From NCBI GenBank assembly GCA_041661605.1, contig JBAZUE010000001.1, forward strand, positions 798,928-862,927: a DNA stretch of 64,000 nt, in the 5' to 3' direction. Below, piece by piece: positions 43,726 through 53,749 of the stretch; within the stretch, counting starts at the first letter, position 1; the number at the start of each line of letters is the position of its first letter. The notes beneath the pieces were generated by a model. The model worked only from the letters and a program-made list of their open reading frames with translations, had not been told where the DNA came from and made no database searches. Source of the DNA: Candidatus Omnitrophota bacterium (GTDB lineage Bacteria > Omnitrophota > Gorgyraeia > Gygaellales > Profunditerraquicolaceae). The position numbers and the translations under genes are program-made.

Positions 43726-43950
43726 TTAAGTCACCTTCACTGACCTGATCCTTCCCAACTGGCTGCAGAGATCAAAAACCAGGGTTGGATCCTCTGTGGT
43801 CATGCTAACTTTATAATTACACTTCTCGTCTTGCTCCTGACACTGACTAACTGCCAGATCGTTGCCAAACTCAGCCAGAGAACTCTTAATCATTTTTGGC
43901 GAGCTGTTTTGGGTATGTAAGATAAACTCTAAAGTATATTTTGAAATCAT
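43726..43950 (-). CDS. hypothetical small protein
   Basis: 74-aa ORF whose start overlaps the pgeF stop by 4 nt. No family recognised. Confidence 0.4.
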   Translation of the reverse strand: MISKYTLEFILHTQNSSPKMIKSSLAEFGNDLAVSQCQEQDEKCNYKVSMTTEDPTLVFDLCSQLGRIRSVKVT

Positions 43951-44678
43951 ATTAGCATTATTACCGAAATCATACGTCCGGCAGCATCAGCCTCTTTGCG
44001 AAAAGAAAAGAAATCTTCATTTTGCGAAAAAGTACACAATCCGGGATCAAAAATATTATCCTGTTTAACGCCGCAATCTACTAATTGTTTTGTGTTTATT
44101 AAGGCAATATCCATATACACGCTGCCGTCCCGGTTAATTAAGCCGAAGGGAAAATTGCTCTTAAAATCATTATCCATCTTACAGCAACAGGAGCGGATAG
44201 ACGGGCCAAAACCAACCAAAAGCTCATCCGGTTTACTGCCAAATTTATCCTGCATGAGCCTTATGCCTTGGCCGCAAATATTCTTTTCAGTGCTGCGCCA
44301 ACCAGCATGCAAAATACCAACTGCCGGCCTTGCGGGGTCATAAACAAAAACCGAAAGGCAGTCCGCTGTCAGTATGGCTATGGGAAGATTTTTCTTGTCG
44401 GTTAAAAAGCCATCCGTGTCGCTGATGGAGTTGTCGTAATCCAAAGCCCCTCTGCCTTTATTGGTTTGCGTAACATAGGCAACATTTTTACCGTGCACCT
44501 GCTTGGCACAGATTAAATCACGGTAATCAATGTCTACGGCAGAAAGAAATTTTTTGCGGTTCTCAAGAGACTCCCGGGTATCTCCGTAAGATAAAGACAT
44601 ATTCCCGTCTTGGCGCGTGCTAAAGGCCGAAACTATGTCCTTTAAACCGAATTTTCCTAGGGGGTTATTAATCCGCAT
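43947..44678 (-). CDS. pgeF: peptidoglycan editing factor PgeF (YfiH/laccase-domain family)
   Basis: 243 aa. QVHGKNV, TADCLSV..YD and HAGWRS motifs. Confidence 0.85.
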   Translation of the reverse strand: MRINNPLGKFGLKDIVSAFSTRQDGNMSLSYGDTRESLENRKKFLSAVDIDYRDLICAKQVHGKNVAYVTQTNKGRGALDYDNSISDTDGFLTDKKNLPIAILTADCLSVFVYDPARPAVGILHAGWRSTEKNICGQGIRLMQDKFGSKPDELLVGFGPSIRSCCCKMDNDFKSNFPFGLINRDGSVYMDIALINTKQLVDCGVKQDNIFDPGLCTFSQNEDFFSFRKEADAAGRMISVIMLI

Positions 44679-44889
44679 CTATCTCTACCAGTTTGTCGCG
44701 CGATTTCTCACCGGACTTAATCCTTATCTGATACTTTTTTATTTTTAGATGGCTGCTTAACAAATCAATAAGCTGTTTATTAGCCGCGCCTTCGCAGGCA
44801 GGTTTAGTAAGATACACTTTTACTTTATTGCCTTGCCGTTCAACATGGTTACGGCTGGCACGAGGACTCACTCGGACATCAAGGATCAT
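44668..44889 (-). CDS. DUF167 (YggU) family protein
   Basis: 73 aa. V.VSPRASRN.V.........V.L..P...G.AN..L...L pattern. Confidence 0.75.
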   Translation of the reverse strand: MILDVRVSPRASRNHVERQGNKVKVYLTKPACEGAANKQLIDLLSSHLKIKKYQIRIKSGEKSRDKLVEIDAD

Positions 44890-44896
44890 CTGTTAA

Positions 44897-45829
44897 TTAT
44901 TTGTTTGTTATCTGCTTGGTATCCCGTATATCCGTCAGGCGCTGGTTAACTTTATCAAAACGTTTTTCGGCATCGGCATACTTGGTATTGGCATTAAGCA
45001 GATGGCTGCCCAGGATATCAAAATCTTCCTTAAATTTATCTGTTTCTATAGAAAGAGCGCCTAAGCTTTTTAAAATCACCTTTGCGTTCTCTTCGACTTT
45101 TAATCCGCGCAGGCCCATGCAGATTACCTGCAGATAGGCGTAAAAAGTATTCGGGGAAACCGGGATCACTTTCTTCAGCATGCTGTAAGAAAAGATATCC
45201 TCTTTGATAAATACCTCATAATAAACATTCTCCGCCGGTATATACATCAGGGCAAAATCATAAGTATTTTCCGCCGGCAAAATGTATTTTGCGGCGATCT
45301 CATTGATACGGTTTTTTACATCCTGGATGAATTTCTTGCGCAAGACTTCTTTTGTTTGCTCATCCGCGGCATCCTGCATCCTTTGAAAATTCTCCAAACT
45401 AAATTTCGCGTCCACCGGGACCAGCCGTTCCCCCAGGCAGATTACCGCATCCACGGCGTCCGTACTTTTAAAACGGTATTGTGTATGATAATGTTCCTTA
45501 GGCAAAACCTGGGAAAGTAAATTTTCCAGCAAAGTTTCTCCCATTGCCCCGCGGAATTTAGGAGCGCGCAGAAGCTCCTGAAGACTGGAGATATCCTTAC
45601 TTATGGCGATTATCTGCTTATTGGTCTCCTCTAATTTTCCCAACTGCTCCTTTACGCTGCCAAAAGCAGAAGTGGCGCTGCCTAAATTCTGCCCGATGAT
45701 TTTATTGGCCTCCTGGATAGACTGATTCATCTGGTTCAAGCGCTCATTGACTTGAGAGGAGATCTTCAAAACCACAGAGACGATAAATGCGGCTAATATT
45801 AAAAATAAAATCGCGATTAAAATAATCAT
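44897..45829 (-). CDS. rmuC: DNA recombination protein RmuC
   Basis: 310 aa. N-terminal TM helix, a coiled coil, then the RmuC nuclease-like region (VDAVI.....VPVDAKF ... ALMYIPAE). Confidence 0.7.
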   Translation of the reverse strand: MIILIAILFLILAAFIVSVVLKISSQVNERLNQMNQSIQEANKIIGQNLGSATSAFGSVKEQLGKLEETNKQIIAISKDISSLQELLRAPKFRGAMGETLLENLLSQVLPKEHYHTQYRFKSTDAVDAVICLGERLVPVDAKFSLENFQRMQDAADEQTKEVLRKKFIQDVKNRINEIAAKYILPAENTYDFALMYIPAENVYYEVFIKEDIFSYSMLKKVIPVSPNTFYAYLQVICMGLRGLKVEENAKVILKSLGALSIETDKFKEDFDILGSHLLNANTKYADAEKRFDKVNQRLTDIRDTKQITNK

Positions 45830-45859
45830 AGAATTATTATACCATTGGCAGCTTCACGA

Positions 45860-46579
45860 TTAAAGCAAATAATCTTTTTTTATCCTTTTTACGGAACGGA
45901 AAATATTCTTTTTGACATCCGGACAGGCCTTCTCCATCTCCCGGATAATCCGACCTACCCTGCTGCGGTTAGAGGTAATGGAGTGCGGGCAGGCGCAGGT
46001 GTCATGGCCTAACTTTGTTTCTTTGGCAAAACGTTCTATCAGGTGCTCCTCCACATAAGCCAGCGGCCGGATAAGCGTAATCTTGCCTTTAAATAACTCC
46101 TGCTTCGGCACCATGCTTGAGATCTCTCCCTGAAAAAACAAATTTAGCAGTACGGTTTCAATAATATCATCCATATGATGGCCTAAGGCAATCTTGGTAC
46201 AACCAAGCTTGTTTGCCGCGATAAACAATTCCTTCCTTCTGTTCCAGGAACACCAAAAACAATTAATCTTGCTCTTCTCTGTTTTCTTAAGTATGTCGGA
46301 TTTTATAATTCCATATTCAACTTTAATTTTCTTAAAATATTTCTCAAGTTTCTTAGAAATTGACTTAGGGTACCCCATATCTATATGCAAAGCAACAATA
46401 TTATAATTTATGGGCACGAACGCCTTACGGTCAAGCAGCAGGCGCAATAAAGTCAAGCTGTCCTTGCCGCCGGAAACGGCAACCGCAATCTTATCCCCGT
46501 CAGCAAGCATTTTATAATCCATGATCGCCTTGCCCATGCGCTTGGAGATATAATATTCTGTCCCCTGTAATATTCCCAT
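45860..46579 (-). CDS. ttcA: tRNA 2-thiocytidine biosynthesis protein TtcA-like PP-loop ATPase
   Basis: 239 aa. PP-loop VAVSGGKDS with the Cys motifs CFWCS and CACPH. Confidence 0.75.
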   Translation of the reverse strand: MGILQGTEYYISKRMGKAIMDYKMLADGDKIAVAVSGGKDSLTLLRLLLDRKAFVPINYNIVALHIDMGYPKSISKKLEKYFKKIKVEYGIIKSDILKKTEKSKINCFWCSWNRRKELFIAANKLGCTKIALGHHMDDIIETVLLNLFFQGEISSMVPKQELFKGKITLIRPLAYVEEHLIERFAKETKLGHDTCACPHSITSNRSRVGRIIREMEKACPDVKKNIFRSVKRIKKDYLL

Positions 46580-46633
46580 TAAATTCTTATCCTTATACTA
46601 GAGTTACAAGCCATTTAGCGGATGGATTGGATT

Positions 46634-46775
46634 GTTTCTAAGCAGGGCGTTTGCAGGCCGAGCGGGCAAGGTCCCGCCACCACTATTGCTTTGCGGGGAG
46701 CGAGGCCGAAACCCGAGCGCAGTTTGCCACGCCGGGGCAAACAAGCGTCCCTGCGTGAAACAAGACAAGCCAGAC
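46634..46775. repeat. GC-rich structured intergenic repeat, copy C
   Basis: Same orientation as copy B and shares the 17-, 29- and 23-nt identical blocks. The outer stem is decayed. An 8-nt indel relative to B lies at 46704-46723. Confidence 0.75.
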
Positions 46776-46783
46776 GCGTTAAT

Positions 46784-48616
46784 TTATATTCTGCCGGAAT
46801 CCACGATCATCTTGCGTATTTGCTTATTTACCGGATGCCGGGATAGCTGCTCAAGGCTGATCGGCAGCCGCAGCGACCAATTTTTTGGGCTGATCGTTCC
46901 GGGCGTATTAGTCCTGTATTGATAAGAGTCCTTCTCAAAGATACCGGCCGGATACAACCAGTCAACAATGGTATTTATACAAAATATCGCGCTTGCATCC
47001 AGGCTTATTTTTAATGCCACCCGAACGATCTCCGCGTCAGCCTTCTGCCTCATCGGACCCTTGATCCCCAAATGCTTCCAAAGTTTTTCTTTTTCCCGGT
47101 AACTATTTTCATATAAATCTACAAAATCCAGCAGGTGCTCTTTAGGACGAACCCCTCCCGAAAGCACCCCTTCATTTAAAATGGAAACCAGCTTATCAAC
47201 CGAATCCACACTTTCCCGCCAGCCTAACCTGCCGTGCTTAGAGAGCGCAGGGTCAAAAAGTTTATCCTTAATCCTGCTAAAATCAATTCCGCGCTGACCG
47301 CCGCATTTCCTGATAAATAACCCCTCATCCACTGTCCCTGCCTCATTTTCCCACCAGGCAGGCCAGTTAGTGGTATCATGCGTAGAGAGCATGGCTACGG
47401 AAAGCTTGCGATATTGCTCAGGAGCAAGAAAATCATGCCTGGTATTCCAATCCTTTACCCAGCGCTGCACGTCATTTCCGGGAATACCGAATTCACGCAG
47501 GGTGTCGGTGCAACATTTGGGAATTACCCCAAGATCTTCGGCACAAAGCAGCATTTTTGTGTTTTTTACCAGAATACTTAATATATTGCGGCCATGCTCT
47601 CCCCAAAGATTTTCATCCTTCGGGTCAAAGAAACCATTTAATCCCTGATTCTCTCCTGGGTCATTATAGGGAATGCTCCAGATACGGAAAAGCCCGACAA
47701 CATGGTCAATGCGTAAAATATTATAAAATTTCTCTGCATATTTTAGTTTCTCTTTTATATAAAGATAACCGTCTTTAGCGATGTTGTCCCAGTTATACGT
47801 CGGCATCCCCCAGCGCTGGCCTTTTGCGCAATACATATCCGGAGGAGCTCCGGCTGCAAAATCCAGTTTAAAGAACCCCGGATGCGCCCAGACATCCGCG
47901 CTGTCCCGGGAGACCAAAACCGGCAGATCGCCTTTCAAAAAAACATCCTTTTGCCGCGCATAATCCTGCGCAGCCTTAAACTGTTTAGAAAGAACCCATT
48001 GCAGCCACATGTGGAAAGTTACCTGCTCAATATTATCCTGCCAGAACTCCTGCAAAGCCTGCCTGTTACGCTGCTTGAATTTATCCTCCCACTCATACCA
48101 GGGCTTGCCCTGATTAAACTCCTTCAACACCTTAAAAAGCGCAAAATCCAGCAACCAATACGCGTTTTCCTTCTGAAAATCTTCAAAAGCAAACTCTTCG
48201 CTTAAATCCTGAAGCAGATATACATCCCAAAGCAGGCGCAGCTTTTCCTTCTTTACCGCATAATTAACATAAGGCTCATCCCTATAAACAGGATGAAATC
48301 GTTTTTCTTTAAGGGAAGAGAAATCCTTCAAGCAAATATAAGCCGGTTCAAGCGCAAAAGAACTTAAGGCATCATACGGACAGAACAAAGGACCGACTTC
48401 ATTCATAGGCAAAAGCTGAATTATGGAGTTTGCGGTCAGCTTTGCCCAGTCAACAATGAGTTTTAAATCGCCCAGGTCGCCGATACCAAAACTATTACCG
48501 GAATAAACAGTAAACAGGGGGATTAATACGCCTGCGCGCTTTTTAAACCCAATATTCATCCAGCTATCACTAGATATGGTATTAGAAAGCGGCGACTCGA
48601 GACTTGTTTCCAGCAT
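46784..48616 (-). CDS. malQ: 4-alpha-glucanotransferase (amylomaltase, GH77) with a C-terminal extension
   Basis: 610 aa. GIGDLGDL, LRIDHVVGL, CAEDLGVIP and STHDT blocks. Confidence 0.88.
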   Translation of the reverse strand: MLETSLESPLSNTISSDSWMNIGFKKRAGVLIPLFTVYSGNSFGIGDLGDLKLIVDWAKLTANSIIQLLPMNEVGPLFCPYDALSSFALEPAYICLKDFSSLKEKRFHPVYRDEPYVNYAVKKEKLRLLWDVYLLQDLSEEFAFEDFQKENAYWLLDFALFKVLKEFNQGKPWYEWEDKFKQRNRQALQEFWQDNIEQVTFHMWLQWVLSKQFKAAQDYARQKDVFLKGDLPVLVSRDSADVWAHPGFFKLDFAAGAPPDMYCAKGQRWGMPTYNWDNIAKDGYLYIKEKLKYAEKFYNILRIDHVVGLFRIWSIPYNDPGENQGLNGFFDPKDENLWGEHGRNILSILVKNTKMLLCAEDLGVIPKCCTDTLREFGIPGNDVQRWVKDWNTRHDFLAPEQYRKLSVAMLSTHDTTNWPAWWENEAGTVDEGLFIRKCGGQRGIDFSRIKDKLFDPALSKHGRLGWRESVDSVDKLVSILNEGVLSGGVRPKEHLLDFVDLYENSYREKEKLWKHLGIKGPMRQKADAEIVRVALKISLDASAIFCINTIVDWLYPAGIFEKDSYQYRTNTPGTISPKNWSLRLPISLEQLSRHPVNKQIRKMIVDSGRI

Positions 48617-48624
48617 ATGATGGG

Positions 48625-49437
48625 TTATTTAACAGGCAGAATTAACTGGATTATCTTATCTGACCAGAATAAAGATGCCAACGCTGCGCATGAAAGAAAC
48701 GGGCCATATGGTATGGTATGATCTTTTTTTCTAATCAGGATTATAATGCTGACGAATATACCTAAGAAAGGAGCCAGGAAAAACGTAAGCAGGGCCTTTT
48801 GCCAACCTACAAAGGCGCCAATCATTGCCAAAAGCTTTATATCCCCGCCGCCCATAGATTCAGTTTCCCCGCTGATGGCCGGTTTTTTAAGCCATTTAAA
48901 ATAAACCAGGTCAAAAATCACCCCGGTCAAATAAATAAATCCTCCTCCGACAATTATTCCCAATATAGACCGCAGCATAGGATGAAAAGTATACCCAAGA
49001 GGATTAAACGTAAAACCTTTAATTGAAACCATAATAAAACCTATGATCATACCTCCTACCGATACCTCATCGGGAATAATACGATGCGAAATATCCACAA
49101 AGGTAGCGATAATCAGACCCCATAACATAACCATATATAAAAAGAAATTGTAACTTAAACCAAAACGGTTAAAAAGCATGACCATAAGCAGCGCGGTCAA
49201 TAACTCAACCAAAGGATAGCGTAAAGATATTTTTTCTTTGCAAGAACGACATCTGCCTTTAAGCAGGACATAACTTATAAAGGGAATGTTATCATAACCC
49301 GATATCCTCTTTTTGCATTTCGGGCAATGAGAACGCGGCCAGACTATAGATTCACCCTTGGGCATGCGCTGGATGCAAACATTCAGGAAGCTACCTACCA
49401 TCGAGCCAAAAATAAAAACGATTATTTTTGTTAGCAT
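48625..49437 (-). CDS. pilD: prepilin peptidase (A24 family)
   Basis: 270 aa. N-terminal Zn-finger cysteines CPKC...CRSC and the active-site context GGGDIKLLA. Confidence 0.88.
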   Translation of the reverse strand: MLTKIIVFIFGSMVGSFLNVCIQRMPKGESIVWPRSHCPKCKKRISGYDNIPFISYVLLKGRCRSCKEKISLRYPLVELLTALLMVMLFNRFGLSYNFFLYMVMLWGLIIATFVDISHRIIPDEVSVGGMIIGFIMVSIKGFTFNPLGYTFHPMLRSILGIIVGGGFIYLTGVIFDLVYFKWLKKPAISGETESMGGGDIKLLAMIGAFVGWQKALLTFFLAPFLGIFVSIIILIRKKDHTIPYGPFLSCAALASLFWSDKIIQLILPVK

Positions 49438-49449
49438 AGTTTCTCCTTT

Positions 49450-50313
49450 TTAGAGTAACACTTTTTTAGCTGAAAGTTCGAGATTTAATGCCTCCTCCAT
49501 TGCCTGCCGGGGCGCATCCTGGCCGGTCCAGATCCGGAAAGAAAGCATGCCTTGGTATAAAAGCATTCCCAGGCCGTTGGAAGTGCGGGCACCTGCCTGC
49601 TTAGCCAAAACCAATAATTTTGTCTGCGCGGGATTATAGACAAGGTCATAAACAAAAAGATTGCTATGCAGCTGCCCATTTTCCAAAAGACAGGAGTCCT
49701 CTTCCTTCAGCCCGACGGGAGTGGCATTAATAAGCAGATCCTTATCTTTAATCTCCAACCCTTTAATATTATCCACCGGATATATTGGAAAACCGGGGAA
49801 TATCTCCTTGATCATAGCGGATATATTCCTGGATTTCTGGTGGTCAATATCGAATACAGATATTGTCTTTGCTTTCAGGCTGGCCAAAACATAGGCAACC
49901 GCTTTAGCTGCCCCTCCGGCGCCCAATATTGCCGCTCTTTTTCCGGCAGGATCGAACTGCTCCTTTAAATGCCGGCTGAAACCCGGGATATCCGTATTAA
50001 AACCTGTCCACAACCCATCCTTCTTGACTATTGTATTTACTGCCTGTACCTGCCTTAAAAAAGAAGATCCCGGGTCCAATTTTACAAACTTTAATACTTT
50101 TTCCTTATAAGGCACTGTTACATTTAACCCGCTTATATTATTTTCATCAAGGCGCACCATGAAATCATCAACTTCTTGCGGCCTGATTTCAAATAACTTA
50201 TATTCAGCGTTTATTTTAAGGGTTTTGAATGCGGCATTATGCATTGAGGCGGAAAAACTGTGCTTAAGAGGCAAACCGATAAGACCGTAAATTCTCTTTT
50301 TTAAGACTGTCAT
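49450..50313 (-). CDS. aroE: shikimate dehydrogenase
   Basis: 287 aa. HSFSASMHNAAF, NVTVPYK and GAGGAAKAV. Confidence 0.9.
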   Translation of the reverse strand: MTVLKKRIYGLIGLPLKHSFSASMHNAAFKTLKINAEYKLFEIRPQEVDDFMVRLDENNISGLNVTVPYKEKVLKFVKLDPGSSFLRQVQAVNTIVKKDGLWTGFNTDIPGFSRHLKEQFDPAGKRAAILGAGGAAKAVAYVLASLKAKTISVFDIDHQKSRNISAMIKEIFPGFPIYPVDNIKGLEIKDKDLLINATPVGLKEEDSCLLENGQLHSNLFVYDLVYNPAQTKLLVLAKQAGARTSNGLGMLLYQGMLSFRIWTGQDAPRQAMEEALNLELSAKKVLL

Positions 50314-50759
50314 TTCTTAAAAATTATCCTAAAGAACGTATCCCAGTGGTTTTCCTGAAAATAATCAAACGGCTGGGGATACTTGTCTCTTAATTCAGAA
50401 ACAATCTCATCTTCAGTCAACTGCCTTCTCTTGCCCACTAAACCCGGTTCTTCCGGATCCGTCTTCGGAAAGATACCGTAAATTATGTTCCAGAAATCTG
50501 CCCATTCACCCCTGCTAAAACCCCTGAACGGCTCTCCTATATAAAGCTTTAGCTCGGTTTCTTCTTTAACCAGAGAAAGCGGCCTGTGCCTTTCAAGCTC
50601 AAGATTTAAGTCATGAGAAGCGTAATCAACGTATGTTCCAGCCCTATCGCAATTCAGCTTCAGGAAATCTTTTATTTGATTTTGGTATATGACAACGAGG
50701 AAAAGGGAGAAAAAACCGCAAACCAGCAGGAGTTTTGGCAAAAACCTTTTAGATGACAT
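50310..50759 (-). CDS. hypothetical membrane-anchored protein
   Basis: 149-aa ORF with one N-terminal TM helix. Overlaps both neighbouring genes. Confidence 0.4.
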   Translation of the reverse strand: MSSKRFLPKLLLVCGFFSLFLVVIYQNQIKDFLKLNCDRAGTYVDYASHDLNLELERHRPLSLVKEETELKLYIGEPFRGFSRGEWADFWNIIYGIFPKTDPEEPGLVGKRRQLTEDEIVSELRDKYPQPFDYFQENHWDTFFRIIFKK

Positions 50760-52254
50760 ATTTATTTACGGCATTAAGATACGCCAATAATGAAGCCTCG
50801 ATAATATCGGTGCTTGATCCGCGGCCGGAGATTATCTTATTTTTTATCTTGATCTTCAGGTTAACCTCCCCGACAGCATCTTTTCCGCGGGTTACTGCCT
50901 CAAGGCGGTAATCCTGGAGTTCACTCTTTATACCGATTAATTTATCCGCTGCTTTAAAACAGGCATCCACAGGCCCGTCACCGGTAGAACAAAATTCGGA
51001 AATATCATTTTTGTATTTTATCCTGACCGTTGCCTCAGGTACAATATCCGTTCCTGTATTAACCCGCGCGGAAACCAATTCATAGATCTTACGTTTCTTA
51101 CGGGTCTCCTCTTCTACCAGCATAACCAGATCATCGTCAAAAACCTCTTTTTTCTTATCGGCAAGCTTCTTAAAATCCTGAAAAACTTTATTCACCTGGG
51201 AATCATTGAGTTTAAAACCGATATCCTTGAGCCTGCTTGAAAGGGCATGCCTTCCGGAATGCTTTCCCAGGACAATCTGTTGGCTTCCCGTAACCCCTAT
51301 ATCGACCGGGTCCATAATTTCATATGTATCTTTTTTCTTTAGCACGGCATCCTGATGGATCCCTGATTCATGGCGAAAGGCATTCTTGCCGACTATTGCT
51401 TTATTCGGCGGGACAAGAAAACCGGTAAAGCTGCTTACCATGCGCGAGGTATTATAAATATTCTTTGTATTCACTCCCGTATAAAGGCCGCAAAAAACAT
51501 CTTTACGCACCTTAATCGCCATAACGATCTCTTCCAAAGAAGCATTCCCCGCCCGTTCCCCAATACCATTGATCGTGCAGTGCGCCTGCCGGGCCCCTGC
51601 CAGGATAGCCGAAAGCGAATTTGCGCTTGCCAGGCCCAGGTCATTATGGCAATGGGTGGAGATAACCGCCTTATTGATATTAGGAACATTGTTTTTTATG
51701 TCGCTGATAAGAGAATATATCTCCTGAGGATAGCTATAACCCACAGTATCAGGTATATTAATAGTTGAAGCCCCTTCATTGATTGCTGTCTCTATGACCT
51801 TAAAAAGAAAAGACCTCTCCGTGCGCGTGGAATCTTCAGGAGAAAATTCTATATCATCGCAGAGCTTCCTGGCCTCCCGCGTTGATTTCTTCGCCAGGGA
51901 AAATATCTCATCTTCGGCCTTGCGGAATTTGTATTGCATATGGATCTTGGATGTGGCCAGAAAAAGGTGGATACGTCCATGCTTTGCTTTTTTCAGGGAA
52001 TTGTGCGCTGCCTCTATATCAGAGCTGATACAACGCGCCAGGCCGCAAACGATGCTCTTCTTGATGTTCTTCGAGACATCACTTACCGCCTTAAAATCAT
52101 CCGGGCTGGCTATTGGGAACCCGGCCTCAATAACATCCACCCCAAGCTTCTCAAGCTGCAGAGCAATCTCCAGCTTCTGCTCGCTTGTCAATGAAGCTCC
52201 CGGGGCCTGCTCCCCATCCCTTAATGTCGTATCAAATATAATTATTTTTTCCAT
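50749..52254 (-). CDS. leuA: 2-isopropylmalate synthase
   Basis: MEKIIIFDTTLRDGEQ... and HCHNDLGLA. I prefer the ATG at 52254; the track ORF begins at a TTG at 52281 that overlaps ilvC. Confidence 0.9.
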   Translation of the reverse strand: MEKIIIFDTTLRDGEQAPGASLTSEQKLEIALQLEKLGVDVIEAGFPIASPDDFKAVSDVSKNIKKSIVCGLARCISSDIEAAHNSLKKAKHGRIHLFLATSKIHMQYKFRKAEDEIFSLAKKSTREARKLCDDIEFSPEDSTRTERSFLFKVIETAINEGASTINIPDTVGYSYPQEIYSLISDIKNNVPNINKAVISTHCHNDLGLASANSLSAILAGARQAHCTINGIGERAGNASLEEIVMAIKVRKDVFCGLYTGVNTKNIYNTSRMVSSFTGFLVPPNKAIVGKNAFRHESGIHQDAVLKKKDTYEIMDPVDIGVTGSQQIVLGKHSGRHALSSRLKDIGFKLNDSQVNKVFQDFKKLADKKKEVFDDDLVMLVEEETRKKRKIYELVSARVNTGTDIVPEATVRIKYKNDISEFCSTGDGPVDACFKAADKLIGIKSELQDYRLEAVTRGKDAVGEVNLKIKIKNKIISGRGSSTDIIEASLLAYLNAVNKYVI

Positions 52255-52265
52255 TTTAATTTCAC

Positions 52266-53258
52266 TTACTTTTTCATCCAAGGCATCATTTCCCGCAGTT
52301 CTTTTCCGACCTTTTCAATCAGATGCCCGTCGCCGGATTTAATCAAGCTGTCAAAATTCTTACGGCCGGTCTCATTTTCCTTAATCCACTCCCGGGCGAA
52401 CTTTCCGGATTTAATCTCTTTAAGCATTTTCTTCATTTCCTTGCGTGTCTTCTGTGTAATTATTCTTGGACCGCGGGTAAGATCGCCATAGCAGGCGGTA
52501 TTGGAAACACGACGGCGCATCCCGCTTATGCCATACTCCTGGATCAAATCCGTAATGAGCTTTAATTCATGTAAAACCTCAAAATAAGCGATCTCCGGCT
52601 GATAACCAGCCTCGATCAATGTGTCGAATCCCGCCTTAATCAACTCACTTACCCCGCCGCAAAGCACTGCCTGTTCTCCAAAAAGATCGGTTTCCGTCTC
52701 CTCTTCGAAGGTTGTCTCAATTACTCCGGCAGTAGTAGCTTTCAAGGCCTTGGCATAAGCCAAGGCAGTTTTGAGTGCGCTGCCGCTGGCATCCTGGTAA
52801 ACGGCAACCAGAGAAGGCACACCTTTGCCCTCTTCGTACATTTTTCTTACTAATGCACCGGGACCTTTCGGAGCAACCATAAAAACATCTACGTTTTTAG
52901 GAGGCTTAATCTGCTTAAAACGAATATTGAATCCATGAGAAAAACAAAGCGCTTTGCCTTTTTTCAGGTTCGGCTTGATCGACTCTTTATAAACCTTGGC
53001 CTGTAGATGATCTTGAGTAAGTATCTGAATAATATCCGCCGCTTTTGCCGCCTCAGCCGCGCTTACAGGAGTAAAGCCGTCCTTTTTTGCCTGTTCATAG
53101 TTGGGGGTTCCCTCCATCTCCGAGACAATTACCCGGCACCCCGAATCCTTAAGGCATAGTGACTGCCCGCGCCCCTGTATGCCGTATCCGATGATTGCGA
53201 TTGCCTTATCTTTCAAAATATTTAAATCTGCGTCCTGATCATAGTAAATCTTTGCCAT
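52266..53258 (-). CDS. ilvC: ketol-acid reductoisomerase
   Basis: 330 aa. [12 protein letters not shown]..., GYGIQG and the C-terminal knotted domain. Confidence 0.93.
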   Translation of the reverse strand: MAKIYYDQDADLNILKDKAIAIIGYGIQGRGQSLCLKDSGCRVIVSEMEGTPNYEQAKKDGFTPVSAAEAAKAADIIQILTQDHLQAKVYKESIKPNLKKGKALCFSHGFNIRFKQIKPPKNVDVFMVAPKGPGALVRKMYEEGKGVPSLVAVYQDASGSALKTALAYAKALKATTAGVIETTFEEETETDLFGEQAVLCGGVSELIKAGFDTLIEAGYQPEIAYFEVLHELKLITDLIQEYGISGMRRRVSNTACYGDLTRGPRIITQKTRKEMKKMLKEIKSGKFAREWIKENETGRKNFDSLIKSGDGHLIEKVGKELREMMPWMKK

Positions 53259-53274
53259 CTCTAATGCTCCTCTC

Positions 53275-53748
53275 TTAATTACTGATTGCTAATTTTCCTG
53301 TCCTGACTAATTCCTTTATCCCGAATTTGTTCAATTCTTCAAGCAGCAGTTTGATCTGCTGGGCATCCCCTACCGCCTCAATGATTGCGGTACCCTCTTC
53401 GTGATGAATGATCTTACCGACGAATTTATTAAAGATGCCCTCCAGTCTATCCTTATCTTTTGAAGCATAACTTATCTTTGCCAGGATCAGCTCACGGTCA
53501 ACATGCTCTCTCTTGGTAAAATCGGTTACAGTAATAACATCTATAAGCTTGTTGAGCTGCTTTTTTATCTGCTCCAGGACATCCTCATCCTTTACTTCTA
53601 CCACCATGGTCATATAAGAGATAGAGGGATCCATTGTCTCGCTGACCGCTAAAGAGGCAATATTATAGCCGCGGGCGCTGAATAGACCGGCAATACGCGC
53701 CAGGACACCGAATTTATTTTCTACCAATACTGAAATAGTATGTCTCAT
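53275..53748 (-). CDS. ilvN: acetolactate synthase small (regulatory) subunit
   Basis: 157 aa. ACT-domain start [30 protein letters not shown]. Confidence 0.9.
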   Translation of the reverse strand: MRHTISVLVENKFGVLARIAGLFSARGYNIASLAVSETMDPSISYMTMVVEVKDEDVLEQIKKQLNKLIDVITVTDFTKREHVDRELILAKISYASKDKDRLEGIFNKFVGKIIHHEEGTAIIEAVGDAQQIKLLLEELNKFGIKELVRTGKLAISN

Positions 53749-53749
53749 A

